64,000 bases of DNA from Candidatus Mcinerneyibacterium aminivorans (GTDB taxonomy: Bacteria; Macinerneyibacteriota; Macinerneyibacteria; Macinerneyibacteriales; Macinerneyibacteriaceae): assembly GCA_008086245.1 (NCBI GenBank), contig VSIX01000004.1:6988-70987 (forward strand), written 5' to 3'. Positions 1-10,700 of the stretch are shown here, in pieces. The notes beneath the pieces are model-generated. The model had not been told where the DNA came from. It saw only the letters and a list, made by a program, of their open reading frames with translations, and did not search any database. Made by a program: the position numbers and the translations under genes. Positions within the stretch are counted from its first letter, which is position 1, and each line of letters starts with the position of its first letter.

Positions 1-570
1 GTCGCTATTGCAAGTTTTGCCGGAGCGATTTCATTAACATTTTTTACCGAAATGCCTATATCCTTATGTCTTTTATCGGGAGCTTTTGTAATGATAATAG
101 CAGGTGTGATAGATATAAAAGAAGCCTATGAATCTATAGACTGGAAGGTAGTTTTCTTGATAGCCGGATTGATTCCGCTGGGTATAGCCATGGAAAAGTC
201 GAATACGGCTCAGTTTTTAGCTCAGAATCTTATGGGGCTGATAAAGGGGCACCACCCTTTAATTATTCTTCTTGTTGTTGGAGGGTTAACCACCGTGTTT
301 TCACTTTTTATGTCCAATGTTGCAGCTACCGTACTTCTTGTTCCCCTCGTATTAAAAATGCAAAATATTGGAAGTATAGACCCGGCATCCCTGGCTTTGC
401 TGGTGGGGGTATGTGCGGCAAATTCCTTTATCCTTCCCACACATCAGGTGAATGCATTTTTGATGACTCCTGGAGGCTATAAAAATTCGGATTATTTAAG
501 GGCAGGGGGTGGATTAACGGTATTGTTTTTGATTTTAACAGTAATAGTGTTTTATTTCGTTTATATTTAG
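1..570 (+). CDS. SLC13/DASS-family permease, C-terminal part (5'-truncated by window start)
   Basis: Frame is open from base 1 (VAIASFAGAISL...). Motifs IDWKVVFLIAGLIPLGIAMEKS, MSNVAATVLL and PTHQVNAFLMTPGGY..DYLRAG are typical of SLC13 permeases. Confidence 0.85.
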   Translation, partial: VAIASFAGAISLTFFTEMPISLCLLSGAFVMIIAGVIDIKEAYESIDWKVVFLIAGLIPLGIAMEKSNTAQFLAQNLMGLIKGHHPLIILLVVGGLTTVFSLFMSNVAATVLLVPLVLKMQNIGSIDPASLALLVGVCAANSFILPTHQVNAFLMTPGGYKNSDYLRAGGGLTVLFLILTVIVFYFVYI

Positions 571-588
571 AAAAAATAAGGAGGATTT

Positions 589-1950
589 ATGTATATTGAA
601 CAGATTTATGTGAAAAAGATTGCTCATAGTTCCTACATGATTGCAGGAAATGAAAAATGTGCAATTGTGGATCCAAGAAGAGATGTTGATATTTATATTG
701 AAAAAGCCAAGGATATGGGATTTAAGATTACTCATATTTTAGAAACTCATTTACATGCTGATTTTATTTCGGGACACATGGATTTAGCAGAAAAAACAGG
801 CGCAAAGATATATGCACCAAAATCTGGAAATTGCAAATTTGGCCATGTATCTTTGAAAGAGAATGATACATTCAATATAGAAAACATTAAATTTGAAGTA
901 ATTGAAACACCGGGACATACACCCGAGCATATAAATTATATCGTTACTGATACATCTTTAAGCGATAAACCCAGTGTTGTATTTACAGGAGATACTTTAT
1001 TTGTTGGAGATGCCGGAAGACCTGATTTATTTCCAGATAGAGCGGAAGAACTTGCTTCAAAATTATTTGAAAGTTTAAAAAAATTAAAAAAACTTCCCGA
1101 TTATTGTGAAGTTCTGCCTGCACATGGAGCGGGATCCCTCTGCGGTAGAGCAATGGGTGCAAAAAGAAGAAGTACAATAGGTTTCGAAAAGTTAACCAAT
1201 GAGCCCTTTAAAATGAAAGATAAAGATGAATTCATTAAAAGTTTAACAACCGATATGCCTCCGGCGCCTGATCATTTCAGTAGATGCAGTGCATTGAATG
1301 CTGAAGGTCCTGAACTTGTTAAAAATTTATCGGTACTTGAACCCTTAACCCCAGAAAAGTTCAAAAAAGCTTTAGAAAAAGATGATCATATTGTATTAGA
1401 TGTAAGAAGCTATGATTCTTTTGGGGCACAGCCTATTGAAAATTCCTATAATATTGATTTTGGTGGAAATATGCCTACATTTGCAGGCTGGATTATCCCA
1501 CCTGAAAAAAACATACTAATTGTTGCAGATGATGAAGATAAAGCTAGGGAAACAGTAATTTGGCTTAGAAGAGTAGGATTGGATAATTCAATAGGCTATT
1601 TAGGAGGGGAATTACCCGAATGGGCAAAAGCTGGATATCGGGCCAACCATCATAATATTATTTCATCACCTGAATTTGTAGAAAAATATGATTCAGATAA
1701 AAATTTAAATCTTCTTGATGTAAGGGCTTCTGGAGAATATGAAGAAAATCATATTGAAGGTAGTATTAATATCCCGGCTCCTGAGTTAAGAACCAGATAT
1801 GAAGAGCTGGATAAAAACAAACACTATTATATAATTTGTAGCACCGGGCACAGATCCGGTACAGCATGTTCAATACTGCATCAAAAAGGATTTAAAAATA
1901 TTACCAATATCGGTGGAGGAATGACCGGGTATGGGAATCTAAAAAAATAG
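589..1950 (+). CDS. MBL-fold hydrolase/persulfide dioxygenase fused to two rhodanese domains (CstB/Blh-like)
   Basis: THLHADFISGH metal motif, TPGHT and PAHGAGSLCG. First rhodanese domain has no Cys; second has CSTGHRS. RBS aggagg. Confidence 0.9.
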   Translation: MYIEQIYVKKIAHSSYMIAGNEKCAIVDPRRDVDIYIEKAKDMGFKITHILETHLHADFISGHMDLAEKTGAKIYAPKSGNCKFGHVSLKENDTFNIENIKFEVIETPGHTPEHINYIVTDTSLSDKPSVVFTGDTLFVGDAGRPDLFPDRAEELASKLFESLKKLKKLPDYCEVLPAHGAGSLCGRAMGAKRRSTIGFEKLTNEPFKMKDKDEFIKSLTTDMPPAPDHFSRCSALNAEGPELVKNLSVLEPLTPEKFKKALEKDDHIVLDVRSYDSFGAQPIENSYNIDFGGNMPTFAGWIIPPEKNILIVADDEDKARETVIWLRRVGLDNSIGYLGGELPEWAKAGYRANHHNIISSPEFVEKYDSDKNLNLLDVRASGEYEENHIEGSINIPAPELRTRYEELDKNKHYYIICSTGHRSGTACSILHQKGFKNITNIGGGMTGYGNLKK

Positions 1951-1959
1951 GAGGATTAT

Positions 1960-2478
1960 ATGGATTGGCTTTTTATGACAAAATGGTCTCCTTATGCAGT
2001 TGGGATAGCTATAGGTATTATGAGCTGGTTGACTTTTTATTTATCAAATAAACCCATTGGATGTTCAACTGCATTTGCAAGAACCTCTGGAATGATTGAA
2101 AAATTATTTATTGGAAGGAAAGTTGATGAAAAAGAATATTTTAAAAAATTTCCCGCCAAAATTGATTGGGAATGGATGTTTGTTTTTGGTATAATAATTG
2201 GTTCTTTTATATCTGCTCAATTATCGGGTTCATTTGAAGCAGTAATGGTTCCCCAATTATGGGCCAATACCTTTGGTAGTAGTGCAATTCCAAGACTTCT
2301 GGTTGCTTTAATTGGTGGAATATTAATGGGTATAGGTTCAAGATGGGCCGGTGGATGTACCAGCGGCCATGGAATTAGTGGAACACTTCAATTAACTGTA
2401 AGCAGCTGGATATCCGTAATTTTCTTTTTTATCGGAGGTATCATAATGGCTCAAATCATTTTTAATGTGATTGGATAG
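1960..2478 (+). CDS. YeeE/YedE-family sulfur/thiosulfate transporter subunit
   Basis: WSPY..G, PIGCSTAF and GSRWAGGCTSGHGISG motifs; hydrophobic. Confidence 0.88.
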   Translation: MDWLFMTKWSPYAVGIAIGIMSWLTFYLSNKPIGCSTAFARTSGMIEKLFIGRKVDEKEYFKKFPAKIDWEWMFVFGIIIGSFISAQLSGSFEAVMVPQLWANTFGSSAIPRLLVALIGGILMGIGSRWAGGCTSGHGISGTLQLTVSSWISVIFFFIGGIIMAQIIFNVIG

Positions 2479-2489
2479 AAGGTGATTAT

Positions 2490-3047
2490 ATGCTAACTAA
2501 ATTACATTCAAAATCAAAATTGCAGTTGTTTTTAGCTTTATTAGCCGGAATACTATTTGGGTTTTTCTTACAGAAAGGTGGAGTGTCTAACTATAATATT
2601 ATATTAGGACAGCTTCTTTTAACAGATTTTACGGTAATTAAAATTATACTTACTGCTATAGTTGTCGGTATGATAGGAATTTATGGAATGAAATCTCTTG
2701 GATTAGTTGAATTGCATCCCAAAAGCGGTTCATTTGGAAAATCAGTAGTTGGAGGGCTGATATTTGGACTCGGATTTGCTACATTAGGGTACTGTCCCGG
2801 CACGATATCCGCAGCAGTAGGACAGGGAAATCTAGATGCCTTAATCGGAGGAATTATCGGAATAATTATTGGAGCAGCTATTTTCGCACAGTGGTATCCT
2901 AAATTAAACAAAAAGTTTTTACATCTGGGAGATTTTGGTGATATAAGATTTCCCGGGTTGCTTAAAGTTAATGCGTGGATAGTTATAATTCCTTTATCAG
3001 TTATAATAATAGGTTTTTTATACTGGCTGGAGAGTGCAGGGTATTGA
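2490..3047 (+). CDS. YeeE/YedE-family (DUF6691-like) sulfur transporter subunit
   Basis: GFFLQKGG and GLIFGLGFATLGYCPGT motifs; paired with the preceding YeeE gene. Confidence 0.88.
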   Translation: MLTKLHSKSKLQLFLALLAGILFGFFLQKGGVSNYNIILGQLLLTDFTVIKIILTAIVVGMIGIYGMKSLGLVELHPKSGSFGKSVVGGLIFGLGFATLGYCPGTISAAVGQGNLDALIGGIIGIIIGAAIFAQWYPKLNKKFLHLGDFGDIRFPGLLKVNAWIVIIPLSVIIIGFLYWLESAGY

Positions 3048-3062
3048 AATTAAGGAGAATAT

Positions 3063-3425
3063 ATGCTTTCAGTTCTAAAATATATAGCCGAAGGTATCGC
3101 GGTAATTGGTGTATTTATTTTTATTATAGGAGCCCTGATTACCCTATCTAGGTTCATAAAATTTGAAATAAGCAGATTAAAAGGGGAAAGTATGTTCCTT
3201 ATGAGAGATAGGTTGAGATATGTATTTGGTTCATATCTTCTTCTAGGACTGGAATTTTTAATTGTTGCCGATATTATTAAAACTCTAATTCACATAAGTT
3301 TAGAAGATATGGCAATACTTGGAGCAATAGTATTAATAAGAACTGTTATCACTTATTTTCTTGATCGTGAAAGAGAGTTCTTCCACAACAATCTGGTCGA
3401 AGAGGAAAGAAAAAGAACTTTATAA
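3063..3425 (+). CDS. DUF1622 membrane protein
   Basis: R..FGSYLLLGLEFLIVADII.T and IVLIRTVITYFLDRE motifs. Confidence 0.85.
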   Translation: MLSVLKYIAEGIAVIGVFIFIIGALITLSRFIKFEISRLKGESMFLMRDRLRYVFGSYLLLGLEFLIVADIIKTLIHISLEDMAILGAIVLIRTVITYFLDREREFFHNNLVEEERKRTL

Positions 3426-3487
3426 AAAAGAAATTTTTATATCTGCTTGTTTTTAATAATAAAAAAAAGCAGCAGCTTATTAATGTA

Positions 3488-3523
3488 TCGGGGTGAAAAG
3501 GGTCACCCCGAATTTGTTTTTTT
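3488..3523 (+). terminator. Probable intrinsic terminator of the sulfur cluster
   Basis: 9-bp perfect stem TCGGGGTGA/TCACCCCGA with a 6-nt loop, followed by ATTTGTTTTTTT, about 60 nt after the DUF1622 stop. Confidence 0.7.
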
Positions 3524-3636
3524 GTTAGGTTTTATATTGTTGTTAAAAAAATTTTCAATATAATTTTCAAAACCAATCACGGTGTGACTAATCTTTAACC
3601 TTTAATGTGTTGACCGGGTTTTGACACAAACTATTA

Positions 3637-4263
3637 TTAATTTTGTACTATACTGTAATTTGTTAGTATTCTTTGCCCCATTATCATTCCGGAAGAGGTT
3701 TCTTCGGCTACCATGGCAACAAGGCCAATATTATCCTTGTAATAAAATTCGGCTTTTATGGATAATCCCAGCATTTCCACCTCTGTGGATGCCACATAGC
3801 AGTTGCTGTAGGTATATTCCTCTATTGAAATACTGTCTATTCTTTCCCATTTTATGGAGCCCTCGCCGCTTCCTGCATCCCATGATTCTCCCTTATGATA
3901 GGGGTATTTTATCATCAGAGTTTCAACCAGTTCTGAATTCTGAATATAGTATTTGTAAATTCCTGTCTCATTTTCTATGAAATATGTGGAATCTCCTTCA
4001 GAAGAACTGTATCCTTCCAGTGTTTCTTCATTATAGGTGAAGTTTTCTATCCCGGTTATTTGAATTGTTTCCGAAGTATCTTTAACCAGTTTGTTTTGCT
4101 CGTAGTCATATTGATAGACATCGTATGTCCAGGTGTTTCCAACGGTTAAAGGATATAAGTTTAAATCTTCCACCAGAGTAGGGTTATCCGGACCCGTTGT
4201 TAATTCACATCCAGCAAAAAATATTACTGAAATTAAGATTAGTAGAATGACTAATTTTTTCAA
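3637..4263 (-). CDS. Hypothetical lipoprotein
   Basis: Signal peptide with lipobox FAGC; YPLTVGNTWTY motif common in beta-rich secreted proteins; RBS ggag. Confidence 0.8.
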   Translation of the reverse strand: MKKLVILLILISVIFFAGCELTTGPDNPTLVEDLNLYPLTVGNTWTYDVYQYDYEQNKLVKDTSETIQITGIENFTYNEETLEGYSSSEGDSTYFIENETGIYKYYIQNSELVETLMIKYPYHKGESWDAGSGEGSIKWERIDSISIEEYTYSNCYVASTEVEMLGLSIKAEFYYKDNIGLVAMVAEETSSGMIMGQRILTNYSIVQN

Positions 4264-4450
4264 AATATCTCCTTCTTTTAGAATGTTACAATTATTATTT
4301 TAAATAACAATAGGATTAATATTAACCCCCGATAAATTAATAAATAGAATATAATTGATATGAGAAAAAGTAAAGAAAATTTTATTAGGGGCTTTTAATT
4401 TATTGTTTTTAGAAATATTATATATATAGCTTATTTAAAAAGGAGTTGTT

Positions 4451-6271
4451 TTGAAGAATTTAAAATCTATTAATGATATTGATTTTAAAAAAATGACTGA
4501 AAACAGAAGTTATTTCCCCTCTCCAGAGGAGTGGGAGGATCAAATAATTTATTTACTTATGGTTGATAGATTTTCTAATGGGCGAGAAAAAGAGGTAGAA
4601 TTATACATTCCTGAGAAGCATTTTAATGAAATTGAAAATGAAAATATTAAAATATGGGAAACAGCAGGTGATAGGTGGGTTGGAGGAACCCTAAAAGGAA
4701 TCATTTCAAAGCTGGATTATTTGAAAAATCTCGGCATAACCTGTCTGTGGCTTAATCCGGTATTTAAGCAAACTGCATATAACGATAATTATCATGGTTA
4801 TGGAATTCAAAATTTTTTGGAAATTGACCCCCATATAGGAACCAAAAATGATTTAAAGGAACTGGTGGAGAAAGCCCATGAAAAAGGAATTTATATTATT
4901 CTTGATATAGTTATTAATCATTCGGGTGATGTTTTTGGATACAAAGAAGAAAATCCTAAATATTTTGGTGATAGGTATGAAATAGAAGGATTCAGAAACC
5001 ATGAGGGGCTGGCGGTTATCCCACCTGCTGAAAAGGATGATTTAAATAACTCATGGCCCGATGGGGCAGTCTGGCCGGAGGAATTGCAAAATATTGAGGC
5101 ATATGAAAGAAAAGGCGAAATTCAGAACTGGGATAGTTTCCCGGAGTATGTTGAAGGGGATTTTTCTTCATTCAAAACCTTTAATCTCGGGAAAGATGAA
5201 AATGATAATTTTCAGTTTTCCGAAACATTAAAAAATCTGACCCAGATATATAAATACTGGATAGCTTTTGCAGATATTGATGGTTTTAGAGTTGATACTA
5301 TAAAACACATTCCCCGGGAAGCAACTAAATATTTTGTAAGGGAAATTCATGAATTTGCTAGAAGTATCGGGAAAAATAATTTTTATTTAATAGGTGAAAT
5401 TACCGGAGGATTAGAATTTGCGATTGAAACAAAAAATAAAACCGGTCTTAATGCAGCCCTTGGAATTAATGAAATAGCCAGCCAGCTTGAAAATACTGCT
5501 AAAGGTTATATCTCTCCATCCAGCTATTTCAACATTTTTTCAAATACAGATCTTTTAGGGGAGGATGCTCATTTGTGGTTTAAAGATAATGTGGTAACTA
5601 TGTTTGATGATCATGATATGGTTAGTCTGGGGGAAAATGAAAAGTTTAGATTTTGTGCCGATGAAAAAACCAGCAAACTTGTTTTAAATGCTTTATTTTT
5701 AAATATTTTTAGTTTGGGAATCCCGTGTGTTTATTATGGAACCGAGCAGGGATTTGACGGTCATGGAAATTCTGATAAATATGTTAGAGAGTCCATGTTT
5801 GGGGGAGATTTTGGAGCCTTTAGAACGCAAAATAAACATTTTTTCAACCAAGAAAATCCTATCTATAAAAGTTTAAGCAGAATGCTGAAAAAAAGAAAAG
5901 ATGATGCCACCTTCAGACATGGCAGGCAGTATCTGAGAAAAATTAGTGAAGATGGAAAACAGTTTGGTTTTGTTGAAAAAATTGGAGATGATAGAATTGT
6001 ATCGGTTATTTCCTGGTCAAAAATATTGAGCGGTAATGAATATATTTTTGCAATTAATACTAATATCGAGGATGAAATTAGCTGTTTTGTAATGATTGAT
6101 AGTGAGCTTAACAGTGAGGGAGATGTTTATGAAACAGTATTTGCTTCTCAAAAGGATTATTTAAAGAACAAATCCTTGGTAAAAGTAAACGATAGAATGG
6201 AAAAGTTTTTAAGTATAAAGGTACCTCCCCACGGGCATGTAATTTATGCTAAATCCCACAATAAGGAATAA
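4451..6271 (+). CDS. GH13 alpha-amylase-family glycoside hydrolase (cytoplasmic)
   Basis: VDRFSNG, YHGY, DIVINH, and catalytic GFRVDTIKH, IGEITGG and FDDHD. TTG start with RBS aaggag. Confidence 0.9.
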   Translation: MKNLKSINDIDFKKMTENRSYFPSPEEWEDQIIYLLMVDRFSNGREKEVELYIPEKHFNEIENENIKIWETAGDRWVGGTLKGIISKLDYLKNLGITCLWLNPVFKQTAYNDNYHGYGIQNFLEIDPHIGTKNDLKELVEKAHEKGIYIILDIVINHSGDVFGYKEENPKYFGDRYEIEGFRNHEGLAVIPPAEKDDLNNSWPDGAVWPEELQNIEAYERKGEIQNWDSFPEYVEGDFSSFKTFNLGKDENDNFQFSETLKNLTQIYKYWIAFADIDGFRVDTIKHIPREATKYFVREIHEFARSIGKNNFYLIGEITGGLEFAIETKNKTGLNAALGINEIASQLENTAKGYISPSSYFNIFSNTDLLGEDAHLWFKDNVVTMFDDHDMVSLGENEKFRFCADEKTSKLVLNALFLNIFSLGIPCVYYGTEQGFDGHGNSDKYVRESMFGGDFGAFRTQNKHFFNQENPIYKSLSRMLKKRKDDATFRHGRQYLRKISEDGKQFGFVEKIGDDRIVSVISWSKILSGNEYIFAINTNIEDEISCFVMIDSELNSEGDVYETVFASQKDYLKNKSLVKVNDRMEKFLSIKVPPHGHVIYAKSHNKE

Positions 6272-6521
6272 GAGAGAGCTTCCAAGGTGAAAAGAAGAAA
6301 ATTATCGATAACGTACTTTTAATGAGTAGTTTAATTGTTAAATTTGGTTGAGCTGGATACGGCAGAAAATTTTAATAAAAATTCTGGTGTAATAATTTTT
6401 AATTTGAAATACAGTATATCAACTTCATATTGATTAAGCTATTAATTTAATATTTGTTGATTCAATAGGTTGATAAATAACAAATATTTTAATATATTCT
6501 AATTATATATATGGGGTATAA

Positions 6522-6797
6522 ATGAATAAAAATTATGATAATTTAATTAGGCTTTTAAATAAAGCAGCTGTAGACCATCATGTTTATGAACAGAATAGGC
6601 TGAATGGGAAATATGATGAGAACTGGGCTGAGTGGTATTCTATATATTTAATAAATAACGGAATTAATGACTATACAGAAGAAAAATTAAATATAAAAAA
6701 ATTAAAAGAAGTTTTATTAGAGGTAACTAAAAAGTTTAAGCAAAGCAATTACAAACAGGATTGGGGCGATCTCGTAGCCAAAATTCTTTTGGAATAA
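6522..6797 (+). CDS. Hypothetical protein
   Basis: 91-aa ORF with ATG, plausible RBS and protein-like composition; no family recognised. Confidence 0.65.
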   Translation: MNKNYDNLIRLLNKAAVDHHVYEQNRLNGKYDENWAEWYSIYLINNGINDYTEEKLNIKKLKEVLLEVTKKFKQSNYKQDWGDLVAKILLE

Positions 6798-6921
6798 AAT
6801 ATAAAAAAATATTTTTATTTCCATTCATCAATTAAATATTTTAATGCTAATGTTGTTTGTTAAATTTAAAATGATATTATTTATATATCATAACGGTTTT
6901 TTAAAAAGAAAGGAGCTACCC

Positions 6922-7332
6922 GTGGTTGCTTATTTTAAAGCTTATATTGTTTCTTTTATTATATTTTTTCTAATTGATATGCTGTGGCTAGGGATAGTTG
7001 CAAAATCCTTTTATGAAAATCAAATAGGCCATTTGCTTAAAGAAAGTTTTAATTTTCCCGTGGCTTTAGGGTTTTATTTAATATTTGTTGTGGGACTTTT
7101 TTTCTTTGTAATTAATAGGGCAGTAATTATTAATAGCTGGCAGTACAGTTTGTTTGTTGGAATATTTTTTGGGTTTATAACCTATGGCACATACGATTTA
7201 ACTAATCTTGTTACTCTACAAGACTGGCCCCTTAAAATTGTTTTTGTGGATATTTTATGGGGAGGATTTCTATGTGGAGTAACCTCATTGATTAGTTTTC
7301 AAATAATAAAAATATTAAATATTTTCAAATAG
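6922..7332 (+). CDS. DUF2177-family membrane protein
   Basis: IDMLWLG...FYENQIG and YGTYDLTNLVTLQDWP...VDILWG motifs. GTG at 6922 follows RBS aaggag, so it is preferred over the track start at 6844. Confidence 0.85.
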   Translation: MVAYFKAYIVSFIIFFLIDMLWLGIVAKSFYENQIGHLLKESFNFPVALGFYLIFVVGLFFFVINRAVIINSWQYSLFVGIFFGFITYGTYDLTNLVTLQDWPLKIVFVDILWGGFLCGVTSLISFQIIKILNIFK

Positions 7333-7731
7333 TTGATGCTGGTAAAATTGTTGTTTAAAGAAGATAATATTAAAATTAATGCAACAAATAGTTTGTACAC
7401 ATCAAGATCACTGAAAAGAGATATAAAACGAGACTCGTTAGTCTTTATATAATTGGTTCTGTTATAAATCATGGAAGCTTGAAAATAACCATATTCTTTA
7501 TCCAAATCTGGTATATAAATCAAAAAAATGATGGAATATTCAACTAATTAATAAAAATAAAATCTATCATTGATCCGCAGTTACAAAGGCAGCTGAAGAG
7601 GGTATTTTAACCTGCTGATTTGTGCTGGACATCATAGAAAAAATGCAGGAATTGTATATTCTTTTAAAGAATATATGAATCAGATTATTTAAGATACTTA
7701 TTCATTAAATAATCATAATTATTAAAAATTA

Positions 7732-7760
7732 TTTACATTGACAGGATTATATCTTATCAT
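7732..7760 (+). promoter_or_regulatory. Putative sigma-70 promoter of the giant GGDEF gene
   Basis: TTTACA-17 nt-TATCAT, ending 14 nt before the ATG at 7775. Confidence 0.4.
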
Positions 7761-7774
7761 TTAAGAGATCAATA

Positions 7775-10700
7775 ATGAGATTGATAAATAAACGATATCG
7801 TATTAATTCTAAAATTTCAAAATCCAGAAACGGAATCTATTATAAAGTTAAAGATATTTATGATAAAAAAATCAGAACCCTGAAGTTTTTTAATTCGGAC
7901 AAATATTCTGATACAGAACTGGAAGAGTTCAGGAAGGAATTCGTTTTTAGGAGTAATATTGATCTTCCCTGTTTCAATGAAGTAGATGAGTTTTCTACAG
8001 TGTGGAATATTGATAATAATAATTTAAATTCGGATTACTGCTTTTATACTATTAAAAATGATAATACCTCTAAGATTTTATCCGGATATAAATTTAAAAA
8101 CAAAAAAGATAAACTTAATATTTTTAGAAAAATTAAGTTTTACCTAGATTATCTTCATAAAAATGGTTTTTATCACGGTGATTTATCAGAGAATAGTATA
8201 GAAATTTCAGAAAATAAGAATATCATTTTTACAAAATTCAACATACATGGATCAAAAAAGAAAGATTTAAGGGATTTTAAAAAATTAAAAGAAAAGTATA
8301 ATATAGATAATCGGGATTTACAAAAAATAGATATAAAAAAAGAGGAACTATTTAGATTTTTAAAACAAAATTTTAATTTTAAATTGAATTTTAATACACA
8401 ATTGAGAGAGGATATTGATCAAAAGTTTTACAATGTACTTTCCGGGGATAAATCTGTTATATTCAATCTTAGCAATTTTGATCGGGATTATTATATAGCA
8501 GCCAGTAGTTATCTAAGAGCTAATCTATTAACCCATAATTACAAAGTATTTACTATTGAGGGGAATTCAGATATACTTAATATTTTAAAAAAATTTATAA
8601 AAAATGTAAATAAGCATAAACAGTTCTCCAATTTTATTAAAGAAAACCGGGATTTTGTAAAAATGATATTCAATAAAAAATTATCCAATTTAAATTTTAA
8701 TAAAATATTTTCATTTATTAGGAATCTGGTTGAAAAAATGACGCTGAAAAACAATATAGCCGTTATTTTTAATGATTTAAATTCTATTTCCAAGGAAAAA
8801 ATTAAATATTTTAGAAAAATAATAAATAATTTTGATGGTAATAAATTAATTTTAATTTTAAATGATAACAAATTATTATTTGAAAATAATTTTAACAATA
8901 ACAATATTGCATACATTAAATATGATGTTTCCCCGACAAGATCTGAATATTCAAAGTACAATTTAAAAAAACTTTCAAATTTGTTTTTCTACATTGAAAT
9001 AAACAAGAAGCTTGATGTGTTAAGAAAACATAATTATTTTGATATCCATAAAATTATTTCATATATAATTAATATTTATTCGAGGAAACCGGAGACAGGA
9101 AGTGAAATATTAAATGAGGAGACCTTAACAGAGTTAATTCACTCGGAATACTATATAATAGATTTCTATTTTGAAAAAGAATACAAAAGATTACTGTCTT
9201 TTCTGTGTAATATGAACAAGCCGGTTTTTCTAAAATATTTAAGAAATCATGTTAAAAATTTAGATGAGAAAGTTCGAGTGCTTATTGATGCAAAAATTCT
9301 AAAATTTAATCAAAGTAAGTATTTGGGTTTTTATGATGTCAATTATGATGATTATATAAGCAAAAAATTTAATAATCTAGATGATGACTTTAGAAAAAAC
9401 ATACACTATTCAATTATTCAAATTTATGAAGAAAAATTAGAAAATCTCAACAATGATGAGTTGATAGCACTGGCTTATAATTATTATTATGTAAATGAGC
9501 ATGAAAAATTAAAAAACCTATTAATTGACTACTTTATTCGAAATTACAGAATAAACCGCTCCTTTTTTAAATCAAAAATTAAAAATCTTCTTAATCTTTT
9601 AATATCTAATCTTGATAGGGTTGATACGATTAATAAAAATATCAGAGCTATTTATTTGCTAACCAATACACTATTTAAAAACCCGGAAGATCTCAAAAAA
9701 AGAGAGGTTGAGTTAAAAGCAATAGAAAAACTGAATGTAACAGATAAGCAAATCAAATTTATAATTATAAAAGAATTGTTTGAAATCTACTACAGATTAA
9801 ATGATAAAGACAGGCTTGATGAATATTTCAATGAAGCAAGTAAGCTGCTCCCCTATCTTGAATTTATTGATCAGATACATGTTTATAATATGCTGATAGA
9901 TTATTATTTTAATCAGAATCAACCTGCTATGGTTAAAAAAATGTGCAATCTTATTATGAGAAAGATTTATGATAAAAGAGATAAATACAGATACATATAT
10001 CTTAACATTATAAATAAGCTGGCATTATACTACTCAAGCAACAATAAACATCAAAAACAGCTAAATACATACAGACTACTTCTAAAAAGGGCAAATGAAT
10101 TCAAATTCCGCCGCTATATTATGATAGCCCATAATGGTATGGGGGTTATTTTTGTTCATAAAGGGGAACATGAAAAGGCTAGAAAACATTTTTCTAAAAT
10201 TCTTGAATTGGCCAGCAAAGTTTATGATTATGATTTTTTAATTACTGGAAATATTAATATTGCTATTGTAAATCAGAATTTTGATGAAGTAAAAAAATAT
10301 TATTTACAGGCATTAAAATATGCCGAGAAAATCAATAAATATAATAATATTTTATTAATTCTTACTAATTTATTTGAAATAATCTCAGATAGAAAGCTGT
10401 ATAACTTAATTAAAAAACACGAGGCCAAGATAAAAAATTCGGAGTACTGTTTGAATAATTTCAGGCATTATGGACATTTTTATTATATGATTATTCTGCT
10501 TTTAATGCGTATGAACAAACTTGACAGTATATATGAATATTATGAAATATTAAAAAATCTTAATATAAGTAAAGATAATACTTACTATTCATATTATGAA
10601 TTGCTGATTCTTGTTTATGAAAAGCTTCTAGGGAATGTTGCAATTGATTATACCAAAATTAAAAACTTAATGTATGAAGTAGAAAGTTATTTTTTAGAAA

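Noticed and set aside
3621-3980. 119-aa plus-strand ORF opposite the lipoprotein, and similar antisense or alternate-frame ORFs in the track (e.g. 8539-8961, 19688-20113, 29160-29561, 44064-44537, 48551-49003, 55700-56032)
   Set aside because: They lie inside well-supported genes on the opposite strand or in another frame, have Phe/Ile/Leu/Ser-biased shadow composition, and show no RBS or motifs.
7299-7523. 74-aa minus-strand ORF (possible gene remnant)
   Set aside because: It has no RBS, overlaps the DUF2177 3' end and matches no recognisable family. It may be a fragment but cannot be supported.
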